Positions 17,336 through 27,301 of a DNA stretch of 64,000 nt are shown here, piece after piece. The DNA is from an uncultured virus (IMG/VR IMGVR_UViG_3300036760_001400) (Duplodnaviria; Heunggongvirae; Uroviricota; Caudoviricetes). The stretch lies in the IMG/VR virus record IMGVR_UViG_3300036760_001400; one strand, written 5' to 3'. Within the stretch, counting starts at the first letter, position 1. Each line of letters starts with the position of its first letter. The translations under genes were made by a program, and so were the position numbers. Below the pieces are notes generated by a model. The model saw only the letters and a list, made by a program, of their open reading frames with translations. It made no database searches and was not told the origin of the DNA.

Positions 17336-18946
17336 ATGAAGGGTAATAAACCAGCGCTGATAAGAAAGCCTATTGATGATAAGCCTAGAAAGCCAAGGAT
17401 CTTCATCGTAGGCGGAGAAAAAAGGAACTTCAAGTCGGGGGAAATCCAGGATAGGATGGATGTGACAATCCATCTGAAAGATGATGGGCCAAAGATAAAA
17501 GTCTCCAGTACATCCTTTGATATTGTCTTTGGTCTTCCCTGGATCACATTTACCCTGCAGTCGAACGCGCGTGCATGGGCTAAGGCCAACAGGATTCCGT
17601 TTGTCGAAGTTCCAAAGGTTGGGAGAATCGAGTTCTGGCTTTCCGAGAAGTACATATGGGCCAGAAAGTACTTTGAGTCTCTCGACAAAAGAGAGCGGGA
17701 TAGAAATAGCGTTGTGACTGAAGTCGCTCTTGATGAGCCCGTGCCTGCGCCTGAGTCTGATGGCAAGCTTCCGCCGCTCCCTATAGAACCTCACCGCTGG
17801 GACGAAGATCAGTTATGGGAGGCCTATGGAGAGGAGTTCGTCAATAAGATCAAGGGCCTCGATGGAGAAATAACGGACCGGAAGACCTTCATCGGTCTCA
17901 TGGAGGATGAGACTGGCTTGAAAGGGGAGCCGGTCGAGATCCTGATGATGATCCTTCGGCGTCAGGGAGTCATTTCTGAAGACACGGGTGGAATCGTATC
18001 GATTGGTAATGTAAACCAGATCGATATCGAGAAGAAGAAGGAATTCATCCAGCGTTCTGGGGAAGTGGTCAATAAGCAGTCTATCGGGAATTTGACGAAC
18101 TCCGGTGGCAGGTCCAGCACAGACCTTCTTGCGTTCTTCTCGAAGCTTGGAGACGGAACTTTGTTCGAATCAACACGCTCTCTTTTCAAGGCTCTCTGTG
18201 AAGTCGGGCTCTCGCATAATGGAAAGCAGTATACGGACAACCAGATGAGGAAGTATCTCTACATGGTCTCGGATCTGGGCGTGAAACGGGAAGGCGTCGG
18301 TCGTGGAGTTGGAAACCAAAATGCTTTTCGTCTCAGACTTCCTGTGTCAAAGGATGTCGTGGTAACGGAAGCGCGAGAGATGCCAGATCCCTTGCCTGCC
18401 CAGGTATCCATATCCGTACCTGCACCTGTTCCCGTGATCGCGTCCATTCCCGCTCCTGCTCTACAGGCTTCCTCCGTTCCTTCCCTCCCTCTTCCGGCAC
18501 CCGTATCCGAGAAGGCTCTTGATGTCGATTTGTCGAAGACAGGAGTGGTCTACGACATGGTTTCCAAGAGTTATCCGGAAGGCAGGATTCCAGATCTTGT
18601 CGGACTGGTTGATCCAGCCAGAGCTCTCAGGGGGATCTTCTATGACAGCCAGTGGAACAGGGCGGCTGCCATCGGGATCCTGCAGCGCATCAGAATTCCT
18701 GTGTCCGATCCCAATATCATGAGGGTTGTACAACGGAAGCTTGATTTTACAGAAGATGAGTGGAGCTGGTTTTCCATCGAGTACCTCAGGGACCAAACAC
18801 TCATGAGCCTTCTTCCGATCATCGTGGTTACGAACGAGCTGTGGCGTGTATGCAGGGACTGTTCGGATACGTTCTCGTTCCATGTTCCAGGCATTTGTTG
18901 GACCTGCAAGGGAATTTCCAGGAAGACCGTTGAAAATTCCAAGTGA
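17336..18946 (+). CDS. large hypothetical protein with Pro-rich linker and C-terminal zinc ribbon
   Basis: GGGAG SD before ATG 17336; 536-aa open frame. Confidence 0.6.
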   Translation: MKGNKPALIRKPIDDKPRKPRIFIVGGEKRNFKSGEIQDRMDVTIHLKDDGPKIKVSSTSFDIVFGLPWITFTLQSNARAWAKANRIPFVEVPKVGRIEFWLSEKYIWARKYFESLDKRERDRNSVVTEVALDEPVPAPESDGKLPPLPIEPHRWDEDQLWEAYGEEFVNKIKGLDGEITDRKTFIGLMEDETGLKGEPVEILMMILRRQGVISEDTGGIVSIGNVNQIDIEKKKEFIQRSGEVVNKQSIGNLTNSGGRSSTDLLAFFSKLGDGTLFESTRSLFKALCEVGLSHNGKQYTDNQMRKYLYMVSDLGVKREGVGRGVGNQNAFRLRLPVSKDVVVTEAREMPDPLPAQVSISVPAPVPVIASIPAPALQASSVPSLPLPAPVSEKALDVDLSKTGVVYDMVSKSYPEGRIPDLVGLVDPARALRGIFYDSQWNRAAAIGILQRIRIPVSDPNIMRVVQRKLDFTEDEWSWFSIEYLRDQTLMSLLPIIVVTNELWRVCRDCSDTFSFHVPGICWTCKGISRKTVENSK

Positions 18947-18958
18947 GGAGAGTTTTGA

Positions 18959-19756
18959 ATGCCGTTTAAGCCTACCGATAATACCTACACTCCGGAAGAC
19001 ATGAGAAAGCTTCAGGAAGAGCTTCGTGGGTTTCCATCAGAATCATCCAGGGCATCCGTTGCAAAAGCTCTTATGAAGTCCTGGGGAAAGACCCAGGATT
19101 GCATGGAGCGATGGATCTTGATCGCTCTTAGTTTCGGGCCATCGGTTCTCGATGCTTTCGAACGCGGAAAGATCAACCGCGATCGTCTTCTCCAGATCGC
19201 CCGGTTCAGCTTCAGGATGCCATCCTGGAAAAACTTCCTGGCTGAGAAGGTGATTGAGGAAAACATCCCGCAGAGGAAGATCAACAAGATCAGGGACCTG
19301 ATCTACGCCGGGCGGCATCCTCAGGAAGCCATCGATATCGTGCTTGGACGCCGCTCTGAGGAACCTATCACCAGAAAGGAGATGTTCTCCATAGAGGTGA
19401 CGATCAAGGAAATCGAGGCATACGGAATCGATTGGAGGAAGAAATGGGAGTTTCTCAGGACCCTCATCAAAGGGAACCTGAATACCCTCCAGAACGGGAA
19501 GTACAGGGATCGCCTGTTCTATGACGCGGTGGCCATGAAGGTGGCCGCTGATGATATCAGCCGGTTTGCCAATGAGCTCGTGGGTGAGATTCCAAAGGAA
19601 ATCATGAAGGCAATCCACTCTGAAATCACCGGGATCTTTGTTCAGGATGATGGGCCTAAAAAAGAACCGGATGTATTTCCAAGGGTCGAGTTTGTCGATG
19701 AGGAGGAAAGGGAGAGTGTTGATGTTCCAGGTAAATTGGAAGGAGGGCTTGAATGA
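18959..19756 (+). CDS. putative ParB/KorB-like HTH DNA-binding protein
   Basis: VAKALMKSWGKTQDCMERWI...VLDAFERGKI resembles the ParB HTH region. Confidence 0.4.
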   Translation: MPFKPTDNTYTPEDMRKLQEELRGFPSESSRASVAKALMKSWGKTQDCMERWILIALSFGPSVLDAFERGKINRDRLLQIARFSFRMPSWKNFLAEKVIEENIPQRKINKIRDLIYAGRHPQEAIDIVLGRRSEEPITRKEMFSIEVTIKEIEAYGIDWRKKWEFLRTLIKGNLNTLQNGKYRDRLFYDAVAMKVAADDISRFANELVGEIPKEIMKAIHSEITGIFVQDDGPKKEPDVFPRVEFVDEEERESVDVPGKLEGGLE

Positions 19757-19838
19757 TGTGTTAGGGGGAGACGGATGTTGATCCCAACCTAGAATTCTTT
19801 TGATGTATTGGTGGGTTGGTGAATTTTACGGAGGATCC

Positions 19839-20459
19839 ATGGCTGAAGTAGCTGTTGTGAAAAAGAGGAAGAGAAAGGTTCCGAAGTATCAGTCCCTTCT
19901 AAACCTGTTTACCCTCAGGGTTCCTGGCCGCGAAAAGGGGCGGGATGGAAGGATGTATGACATCTTCATCCGTACCGGTCCCATGGGGGGCGCCTACACA
20001 AAGAGGGAGCTGATGCAGAAGGAGGGCATGCTCTCGGAGCTTGCTGAGATCGAGAAGGATGCGAACAAGCGGTACAAGAATTCATCCGAGGTTCGCATGG
20101 TGGTCTCATCAAGGGAAGCGTATTTCAAGCGGCTTCTTGAAAGTCGCTTGAACGCGATGAAGGCCGCCGTATACAAGGAAGTTGATAAACAGGGCCTGAT
20201 TCCCCTAGCCTCCTCTATCCGGATCCATTCGGAGGACGAAGAGCGTAAGTTCTTCTTCCAAGGCTTCGTGAACAAGGATGGTGAGCTTATCATCGGCAGT
20301 CGCGATGATGCGGCTCTCTGGGCTATCGAGATGATGTCCAGCACCCAGGCGATGGCTCACAAGTACCGTTTGTCCAGGAAGGTTGGAGAGAAGCTGACCG
20401 AAAAGGGGCTGCTTTCAACTATTGTCCGAGACCGCCTGACAAACACGCTCAGGTCGTAA
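19839..20459 (+). CDS. hypothetical basic protein
   Basis: GGAGG SD before ATG 19839. Confidence 0.6.
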   Translation: MAEVAVVKKRKRKVPKYQSLLNLFTLRVPGREKGRDGRMYDIFIRTGPMGGAYTKRELMQKEGMLSELAEIEKDANKRYKNSSEVRMVVSSREAYFKRLLESRLNAMKAAVYKEVDKQGLIPLASSIRIHSEDEERKFFFQGFVNKDGELIIGSRDDAALWAIEMMSSTQAMAHKYRLSRKVGEKLTEKGLLSTIVRDRLTNTLRS

Positions 20460-20717
20460 GGAACCATATTCTCTCTCTTTGGAAAGGGGGTTCATTTGGA
20501 GAAGAGAGAGTATCGGAAAGCGTGCCGTACATGCGGGCAGTTCTTCCGGACAACCCGGAAGAAGGATGTATTCTGTGAACGTCACAAGCCGGGCAATGAA
20601 GACACCTTTAAGCTAAAGGGCAGGAAGGAGGTGGAACGGGAAAGAGGGAAATAGAAGTCCGCGGTGTCCTTTTGGCCGGTGTTCGGTCAAAAGCGTTTTT
20701 GAAAATGGAGGTTCAGA

Positions 20718-21163
20718 TGCACATTGCATTCACGGTTCCCATGTGGGCGATGATCGGCTTTGGCACCATCGCCTACCCATCGATCGGCGCGATGATCGCG
20801 AGCTTCTTGGCGCGTACCTCCGAGAAGAGGCTTCCCAGATGGCTTGTCTTCTCGTCCGGTGCAGCGTGGCCGGTCACGCTCGGTGCGGCCATTGCCGCAT
20901 TCCCCGTCTGGCTTGCCATTTGGATCGTCAGCAACTATAGCCAGGCTGTTCAGGCGACGCTTCGCGGAAACGGGAAGGGCATGCCTCCTAAATTGAAAGT
21001 TACGTTTGGATATCTTTCGAACGTTCTTCTTACCGCCCCTTTCAAGGGAAACGAGGCCATGAGCCATGGCGTTGTGATGGACGTGAGACCTGGTGAGTCG
21101 TATGTCGAGTTCAATGGTGGCAGCCATTTGTGGGTCAATAACAAGTATCTCCTGGCTGCCTAG
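20718..21163 (+). CDS. membrane protein with C-terminal SH3-like strand pattern
   Basis: GGAGG SD; two hydrophobic segments. Confidence 0.55.
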
Positions 21164-21181
21164 TCGTCACCTGAAGTACCC

Positions 21182-21222
21182 GAAGGGCCGGTCCCCCGAA
21201 AGGGGGGCCGGCCCTTTTCTTT
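21182..21222 (+). terminator. intrinsic terminator
   Basis: AAGGGCCGGTCCCC-CGAAAG-GGGGGCCGGCCCTT followed by T-tract. Confidence 0.8.
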
Positions 21223-21244
21223 AACCCAACAGGAGGGGGTAGGA

Positions 21245-21820
21245 ATGAGAAAGCCAAAACGGAAGCTCAAGCCCATGGATATGGCGACATATCGCCGCCT
21301 CAAGAAGAAAGGGCACTGCTTCGATACAGAGCACCCGAAAACCATCGTGGATTTGATGGTTAAGGCAAACAAGGCGATTTCCGAGTGCGTGACCGAGCGT
21401 GAGATTTTAGAGAGCCTTAAGGTAAGGATGGCCCAGATGATCGACCTTGGCCTTCATGAGGAGGCCAGGAAGACGTCCTGGTCGGAAGGTTTTCACGAGG
21501 GTCAGGCGGAAGCTGAAGAGCGATTCATAAAGGAGAAAGCCTGCTTCGAAAAGATGCACAAGTTTTCCGAGGGAAAGGTCCTCCGTAACCTTAACTTTGG
21601 GGAAGTCCTCTCCATGTTTACAGCTCTTCTCAAAGATCCGATGTTCGGGATCATGGGGAAGATCAGTGTCCTGGTACCGGGAAGCATGTCTATCTCTCCT
21701 ATCGGAGAAAGGGATTTAAAGGAAATCGTCCGTTCCATTGTGGTGGAGAAAATAAGTTCATCTTTTTTATCAAACACAGGAAAGGAGGCTGACCGTGGAC
21801 ATGGCAATCGTGAGAGGTAA
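21245..21820 (+). CDS. hypothetical protein
   Basis: Open frame with SD-like sequence upstream. Confidence 0.55.
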   Translation: MRKPKRKLKPMDMATYRRLKKKGHCFDTEHPKTIVDLMVKANKAISECVTEREILESLKVRMAQMIDLGLHEEARKTSWSEGFHEGQAEAEERFIKEKACFEKMHKFSEGKVLRNLNFGEVLSMFTALLKDPMFGIMGKISVLVPGSMSISPIGERDLKEIVRSIVVEKISSSFLSNTGKEADRGHGNRER

Positions 21821-22106
21821 GGTAGGCTCTGAGATTTCCATCATCAAGGGAGATGGAAGCGAGCGCTGTCAGTTCGAGGTGGATGTAGACCTCGAGGAAG
21901 AGAAGGTCGAGAGTGGGAAGGCGGTTATCTACTCTGTTGCGACCCAGATCCTGGCTACCGGGGATTCGGAGCTGACGGAAAAGATCAAGGTCCTCCTTGA
22001 GAAAGGGGATGATGTCCTGCTGTACGGCGGCTTTGGATATCACAACAGTCGCCTGAAAATGAAGGTCCAGGACATCATGCTCCCGGACTTCGCGGTTCAT
22101 TCTTAG
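21795..22106 (+). CDS. hypothetical protein (possible OB-fold)
   Basis: AAGGAGG SD; LEKGDDVLLYG pattern. Confidence 0.45.
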   Translation: MDMAIVRGKVGSEISIIKGDGSERCQFEVDVDLEEEKVESGKAVIYSVATQILATGDSELTEKIKVLLEKGDDVLLYGGFGYHNSRLKMKVQDIMLPDFAVHS

Positions 22107-22114
22107 GGGGCCTT

Positions 22115-22771
22115 ATGCCTTTTGTTACAAAGGCGAAGCCTCTGATATTCAATCCAAAACCCGTAAGGTCATCCAGGATCCGCTTCCGGTATTTCTTTAC
22201 TGTGGAAGAGTGTCCGTGGCTCACGTCGGAGAGTGAGCGGGTCTTTGTGATCGAAGTCCCTCCGAAAGAGGTCATTCTCAGGTTTAGTGAACGCCTTTCC
22301 GAAGGTACAAAGCTCCATCGTATTCACTTCAATAAGCCGTGGAGCTACATGGCGGTTCACTTCGAGGAAAGGATGTATCGAGGAGCGAGCATCTTCTTTT
22401 CGAACAGGCGGCTTAAGGATGATCGGGATCCATGGCTGTATCTTGTTCCACTTCCGAACAATGATTACGGGGGCAATGTCTACCCGGGAGTCTGCCTCGG
22501 AGAGGGACCCTCCTATGGTCGCAGTTCCATAGAGAAGTCCTCCCTGATAGCTCATGACTCGTTCTGGACAAGCGCGTTCAATGATGAGATCGGTATTCGA
22601 AAGTCAGGGATACCTCGTGGTATTCGAGGGGCTGATGAATTATCGACCTTAGAGCTTGTGAAGGAGGTTGCCAAAAAGTCTTATGGCACTTCTGCGTGGA
22701 TCAGAGCACCAGGTCACCTGTCGTCCATTTGGAAAGCGATCCGTTTCTTTTCTGGCATTTTTGGTGATTAG
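22115..22771 (+). CDS. prokaryotic E2 family D-like protein (paralog 1)
   Basis: LYLVPLPN...GVCLG...FWTSAFN, matching the Prok-E2_D / PRTRC protein B pattern. Confidence 0.65.
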   Translation: MPFVTKAKPLIFNPKPVRSSRIRFRYFFTVEECPWLTSESERVFVIEVPPKEVILRFSERLSEGTKLHRIHFNKPWSYMAVHFEERMYRGASIFFSNRRLKDDRDPWLYLVPLPNNDYGGNVYPGVCLGEGPSYGRSSIEKSSLIAHDSFWTSAFNDEIGIRKSGIPRGIRGADELSTLELVKEVAKKSYGTSAWIRAPGHLSSIWKAIRFFSGIFGD

Positions 22772-22780
22772 GAGGATTTC

Positions 22781-23461
22781 ATGCCATTTCTGACATCCAA
22801 TCGCAAGGCTTCTGAAGTGAAGGCGGAGGAGGTCTATTATCCTGAGATCAAGTGGGAAATCGAGGATCACGATGGAAAGTACGAGGGAAACGAGAAGGGT
22901 ATTTTGACCATCATGATCGAGCAAGCTCCAAGGAATCGAACTATCAAGTACCGTGAGATGTTCTATTCCGGAGGGCACGAGAACTACTATCTGCAGATTC
23001 CGTGGGAGTACTATATAGCCCGAGTTTCATCCAAAGGTGTCATCCTTCTTTCCGCAATGTTCTTCGCGAACCGGGAGATCACGGGCATCGACAAGAAGGG
23101 AATCTGCTGCGCCCCCCTTCCGAACAACGATTACGGTAAGGACAAAGGTCTCGGGGTCTGCCTTTGGAAGGCGGGGGCTTCCTTCGGAAGTGACCCAAGG
23201 AAGGCGGCTATGAAGGCACACGAGTATATCTGGACCTCCGCCTTCAATCCGGGTGTCAGCTACTATGAAGCTGGGAGACCCGATGAAATCCATTCGTCTA
23301 AGGGATGGCCTGGGTCTCTTGAGAAGTGGCAGAGCCTGACCAAGGAAGCGAAGAAGATCACCTGGATTCCGGTCTATTCAAAGAAGCTTCAGAAGGACTG
23401 CGAGACCCTGGAGGACGCGTTCCTCTGGCTTTCGAAAACGACCGATCACATCTATCAATAG
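22781..23461 (+). CDS. prokaryotic E2 family D-like protein (paralog 2)
   Basis: IPW...APLPNNDYG...GVCLW...IWTSAFN. Confidence 0.65.
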   Translation: MPFLTSNRKASEVKAEEVYYPEIKWEIEDHDGKYEGNEKGILTIMIEQAPRNRTIKYREMFYSGGHENYYLQIPWEYYIARVSSKGVILLSAMFFANREITGIDKKGICCAPLPNNDYGKDKGLGVCLWKAGASFGSDPRKAAMKAHEYIWTSAFNPGVSYYEAGRPDEIHSSKGWPGSLEKWQSLTKEAKKITWIPVYSKKLQKDCETLEDAFLWLSKTTDHIYQ

Positions 23462-23468
23462 GAGAGAT

Positions 23469-24344
23469 ATGGGAGCTCATAGAATCCTCGAGCTTGATGA
23501 GGAGAGGATCTCGAAGGAGCGTCCTCCGGCGCTTCTTCCAATTCAGGCGGGAACTCATGGGGACGTTATCGTTGAGACCGTAGACGGTATTTCAAGGTTT
23601 AATGTCTTCGGGAAGCCAAAGGTCCTTTCTCCCAGGAAAGTGACCTTCATGTCCAGGGTCGAGGTTATGAATGTGACCCAGAACATTCTTACGTCGGGCC
23701 AGAGGGAAGAGCGTTGCCTCTTCCCTCTGGCCAGCACCCACCCGGAAGAGGTATACAGGTACTGGAGTTACGCTCGGTTGGCAAAGGGAAATGTTCTTGT
23801 TTCAGGCATTGGGCTTGGTGTTTTTGTCCAGCAGGTAAACTGCAAATATGTGCTGGCTCTCGAGCCTGATAGGAACATCTACGACCTTGTCTTTCGGAGC
23901 TTTGTTGATTTCAAGTACATCAATGTGGGAATGGTTCACGGGGCCTTAGGAGAGGAGGTCAAGCGTCATTCTGACAGGAAGTATGACTTCATTTTCCTGG
24001 ATCCAGTCGCGTATACTGGGAATCCCTCGAATGCTCTAGCTACAAAGAGGCTTCCCGAATTCAATCGGTTGATCAACGCGAGCCGAAATATCCTTTCTCA
24101 GAATGGAAGGGTTGCCATCAAAGGATACGGGAGCTTGATCAAGAAATACCAAGAGGAGTGCCAGAGCATGGTCATGTACGCTCTTGCATCGGACGATTGG
24201 GCCTCAAAGTATGTAGAAGGGCTTCATGACCCGATGGAAGAAATGTGCATCAAGTGGGCCAGGAAAAACTGGAAGCAGGTCGGAAAGAGAGACTATAAGT
24301 TCGTCAACGCGTGGGCCAGAAAGACGGCCATGGTTGTAACTTAA
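23469..24344 (+). CDS. class I SAM-dependent methyltransferase / spermidine synthase-like protein
   Basis: GNVLVSGIGLG, VLALEPD, YDFIFLD. Confidence 0.65.
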   Translation: MGAHRILELDEERISKERPPALLPIQAGTHGDVIVETVDGISRFNVFGKPKVLSPRKVTFMSRVEVMNVTQNILTSGQREERCLFPLASTHPEEVYRYWSYARLAKGNVLVSGIGLGVFVQQVNCKYVLALEPDRNIYDLVFRSFVDFKYINVGMVHGALGEEVKRHSDRKYDFIFLDPVAYTGNPSNALATKRLPEFNRLINASRNILSQNGRVAIKGYGSLIKKYQEECQSMVMYALASDDWASKYVEGLHDPMEEMCIKWARKNWKQVGKRDYKFVNAWARKTAMVVT

Positions 24345-24347
24345 ACA

Positions 24348-24382
24348 GGTAGGGGGGCCCCGTTGGGGCCCCCCTACTTATT
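24348..24382 (+). terminator. hairpin terminator
   Basis: GTAGGGGGGCCC...GGGCCCCCCTAC followed by TTATT. Confidence 0.7.
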
Positions 24383-24394
24383 GAGGAGGAATGG

Positions 24395-24661
24395 ATGAGC
24401 ACTTGGAAAGCTGTTGTTCTTGATGAAATTGGATCCATTGAATTGTCGGGCAACGAGTACGACTACCTTGTTACGACAAACCTTCTTCCGAGGATATCCT
24501 TTAACAAGAGTTTCATCGGATTCTATGTCAACGTGTCCGTTCTCATTCTGACGCTCAAGGAGGATGACGAACTCTCTGAAGATGAGGGTGAGCGGGCTCT
24601 CCTGAAGGACCTTATTGCGAAACTCACCCCCTTTATCGGAAAGAACCTATTTCTTCCTTGA
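24395..24661 (+). CDS. hypothetical protein
   Basis: GAGGAG SD. Confidence 0.55.
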   Translation: MSTWKAVVLDEIGSIELSGNEYDYLVTTNLLPRISFNKSFIGFYVNVSVLILTLKEDDELSEDEGERALLKDLIAKLTPFIGKNLFLP

Positions 24662-24685
24662 CATGGACTTCAGTATGTATATCAT
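24658..24685 (+). promoter_or_regulatory. sigma70-type promoter
   Basis: TTGACA, 16 nt, TATCAT. Confidence 0.55.
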
Positions 24686-24709
24686 ACTGTAAGGCTCAAG
24701 GGAGACGAG

Positions 24710-25075
24710 ATGGACAATATCATTCAGGGGCAGTTTGGAAAGAACAACAAGCCCATGGGCGGGCCGAAGTTTCCAGAAGTCCGCTTCGGAGAATCCCAGA
24801 ACTCGATCGTCTGTTCTAACTGCAAGAACACGAGACGTGTCGGCTTCTGGATCATCGTAGGGGAGCACGCGATGCTTATCTGCATCAACTGCACGGCCCA
24901 GGCCGTCCTTAAGTACCAGGAGACTCACATCGGATCCCAGAAAGTCTTCGAGGTCGATGCGGAGATCTCTCCGGAAGCCATGCAGAAAGTTGTCGCGGAG
25001 GTTGTCCAGGAGAACCGTGACCTTCCTGAAGAGCGTGTGGCGAAGATCGCCCAAAGCGCTATCGAGAAAATCTAG
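24710..25075 (+). CDS. ClpX-type C4 zinc-finger protein
   Basis: CSNC...LICINC. Confidence 0.5.
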   Translation: MDNIIQGQFGKNNKPMGGPKFPEVRFGESQNSIVCSNCKNTRRVGFWIIVGEHAMLICINCTAQAVLKYQETHIGSQKVFEVDAEISPEAMQKVVAEVVQENRDLPEERVAKIAQSAIEKI

Positions 25076-25080
25076 GAGGC

Positions 25081-25377
25081 ATGATGGCCGAGAGTAAGAA
25101 CGAGAGCCTGAGAGCGAGCTGCCCAGACTGTAAGTGTGATGTCTTTTTGCCTCTCATGGGCATCTGGATCAACATGAGTTTTCAAGGGAACCGCCTCAGG
25201 ATGATCTGGCCGGATCGGGCCGAGGACGATAAAGAAGAGTTTGCCAACGTCGCCTGCCCAAAGTGCGGAAATGTCCTCGTTGTTCACGCGGATGGAAGGA
25301 TTGTAAGATCCGGAAACAAGATGTTCTCTGGCAATATGGCGCCTTCCAAGAAGAAACAAAAGGCAAGCAGGGTATAA
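25081..25377 (+). CDS. zinc-ribbon protein
   Basis: CPDC...CPKC. Confidence 0.55.
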   Translation: MMAESKNESLRASCPDCKCDVFLPLMGIWINMSFQGNRLRMIWPDRAEDDKEEFANVACPKCGNVLVVHADGRIVRSGNKMFSGNMAPSKKKQKASRV

Positions 25378-25384
25378 TACTTTC

Positions 25385-25597
25385 ATGGGAAGGAAGTCCC
25401 GTTCCAAGTGGATGACTAGGGCTGAGATCTACGAAGGCGTGGTTCTCAAGCAAGGCCCCGATGCCTCGAAAGAGTACCTCGAGCAGTTCCAGAAGAAGCT
25501 CGACAAGTTCATGAAAGGTGCCCAGGAACTTGAAGACGAGCGTGAGGATCTCGAGGAAGAAGAGGAGAAGGGCAAGCGTGAACCTAAGCCTGACTAA
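25385..25597 (+). CDS. small charged protein, probably leaderless
   Basis: TATAAT 6 nt before the ATG; no SD. Confidence 0.5.
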   Translation: MGRKSRSKWMTRAEIYEGVVLKQGPDASKEYLEQFQKKLDKFMKGAQELEDEREDLEEEEEKGKREPKPD

Positions 25598-26243
25598 GAC
25601 AGGGGAGCGTTCGATCTGCGTGTTCTGTAAGAACTCGTTCTTCTCACGTAAGAAGGTTAGAAGACCGGTAACATGCGGACGTCCTGAGTGCATTCGTGGG
25701 TACAAGAAGAGTCACGGGGTTCTTTGGCCTCGCATCATGGAGGTTTCGGATTACCACAGTCTGCTTGAGAGCCTGAAGAAGGGTTCGATGGAAAAGGAGT
25801 GGTTCCTGGCCTTCTCTCTCGGTGAGACCGGGATGACGGTCCAAGAGCTTCTTGAGCTCAGGCCTGAGGACCTTTTTTCCGACGGCGTGACCCATGCTTT
25901 GGCCATCAAACATTCTGGCAAGAGAGGCGCTCCGAGGGTTCTCCATCCGATCTCAAGCCGTACGGCAGGTGTCTTTGGACGGTGGGCCAGCAATAATAAG
26001 ATAGAGAGGAACGAAAGGATCTTTCCCTACGGGAAGCATGCCATTTACGGTATGTGGAAAAAAGCCCTGGAGGCAGCCTCTCTTACCGGATACGATACCC
26101 GGTCACTCCGTCATATGTACGGAATCCTGGTCGCTATGGCGACGGATGATGAGAAGATGGTGGCGCGGTACTTGAGAATGAGGGATTTCGCAAGTGCGAG
26201 ATTCTATGTTAAAGAAGCACGAAGGCTTTTGAAAGGAGCTTGA
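25578..26243 (+). CDS. degenerate tyrosine-recombinase-fold protein with N-terminal zinc finger
   Basis: ETGMTVQELLELRPEDL, RSLRHMYG, VARYLRM...ARFY; CxxC...C-x4-C N-terminus. Confidence 0.7.
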   Translation: MNLSLTKTGERSICVFCKNSFFSRKKVRRPVTCGRPECIRGYKKSHGVLWPRIMEVSDYHSLLESLKKGSMEKEWFLAFSLGETGMTVQELLELRPEDLFSDGVTHALAIKHSGKRGAPRVLHPISSRTAGVFGRWASNNKIERNERIFPYGKHAIYGMWKKALEAASLTGYDTRSLRHMYGILVAMATDDEKMVARYLRMRDFASARFYVKEARRLLKGA

Positions 26244-26545
26244 TCATGGGCGTGGCAACCAAGAAGAACACTGAGGTTCTGGCGCCGGTTCTGGTAGAAG
26301 GAACACCCTTGTGTCCGTTCTGCCAGAAGCAGGATTACATGAAGGCTGACACCCTTCAGATGACGACGGTCCGCGGAGTCTTTGAATGCGTCTCCTGTGG
26401 ACTTCTTCGCCTTGCGAAGGCCGAAGAGATGGACATCTGGGCCAAGATGAAGGGCCGCAGGCCCCCGACGCCTCCTGACGCGGCTGGAAAGACCTTGGAC
26501 CACGAGCTGGTCGCTCGAAGCACGAATATCGCCAGGGGATCCTAA
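26240..26545 (+). CDS. zinc-ribbon protein
   Basis: CPFC...CVSC. Confidence 0.55.
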   Translation: MIMGVATKKNTEVLAPVLVEGTPLCPFCQKQDYMKADTLQMTTVRGVFECVSCGLLRLAKAEEMDIWAKMKGRRPPTPPDAAGKTLDHELVARSTNIARGS

Positions 26546-26955
26546 GGATTAGGGTATGTACCGAACCGGAATCTCCAGTCTTGCTTCTTACTGGGCCAAA
26601 CCAAAGGTAGGTCCGGTAGTTGTCGTTTCCACGCCAGAAGCTAAAGAATACATCAGGAGACGGTTCTGGTACCAACATCCCATGTTCGTCCGTGGGTGGC
26701 AGTCAAAGGCCTCTGAACTTCAGGGGATCTTCTAATGCCGCAGGAGGAGAAAGTTCAGGTTGTCAAAGTGTACAACGGCAAGAGAGATAAGTGGGCTGTT
26801 GGACGATTCCGGGCTACAAACGGAAAGTCCGGAGGTCATTATTACCTCGGGATGTTTGTATCAGGTGGAATCAACTTCGACCTGAATAAGAACTTCTCCT
26901 CTCAAGAAGACTGCGAAGGATGGCTCGTCTACCATATTGACGGTAGCGTGAATCT

Positions 26956-27174
26956 TTGATGACTTCGAAAGAGATCCGCAAGATTCGCGGAAACATGAGC
27001 CGTGAAACATTTTCACTCCTGGTTGGGGTAAGCGTTCCGAGCCTCTGGAGATGGGAAACGGGAGAAGCATCTCCAGAGGGCGCCGGCCTTAGGCTGCTTG
27101 AGCTCATCAAGGACAAAAGGGTCATGGTGACTATGCTCAGGGACTATGTCAGTCGGAGAATCAAGAACGTATAG
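26956..27174 (+). CDS. XRE-family HTH regulator
   Basis: IRKIR.NMSRETFSLLVGVSVPSLWRWETG..SP. Confidence 0.85.
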   Translation: MMTSKEIRKIRGNMSRETFSLLVGVSVPSLWRWETGEASPEGAGLRLLELIKDKRVMVTMLRDYVSRRIKNV

Positions 27175-27301
27175 TTTCCAGTGAAGCCGTGGGCCGTGAA
27201 GTACAGCAGCCTAACAATCGTGAAAGCAAGCTCGGTAGAAAGGCCAAGGATTATTTTACCTTTCTATTAAGCCGAGACATGGCTTCACTGGAAACTATAC
27301 C

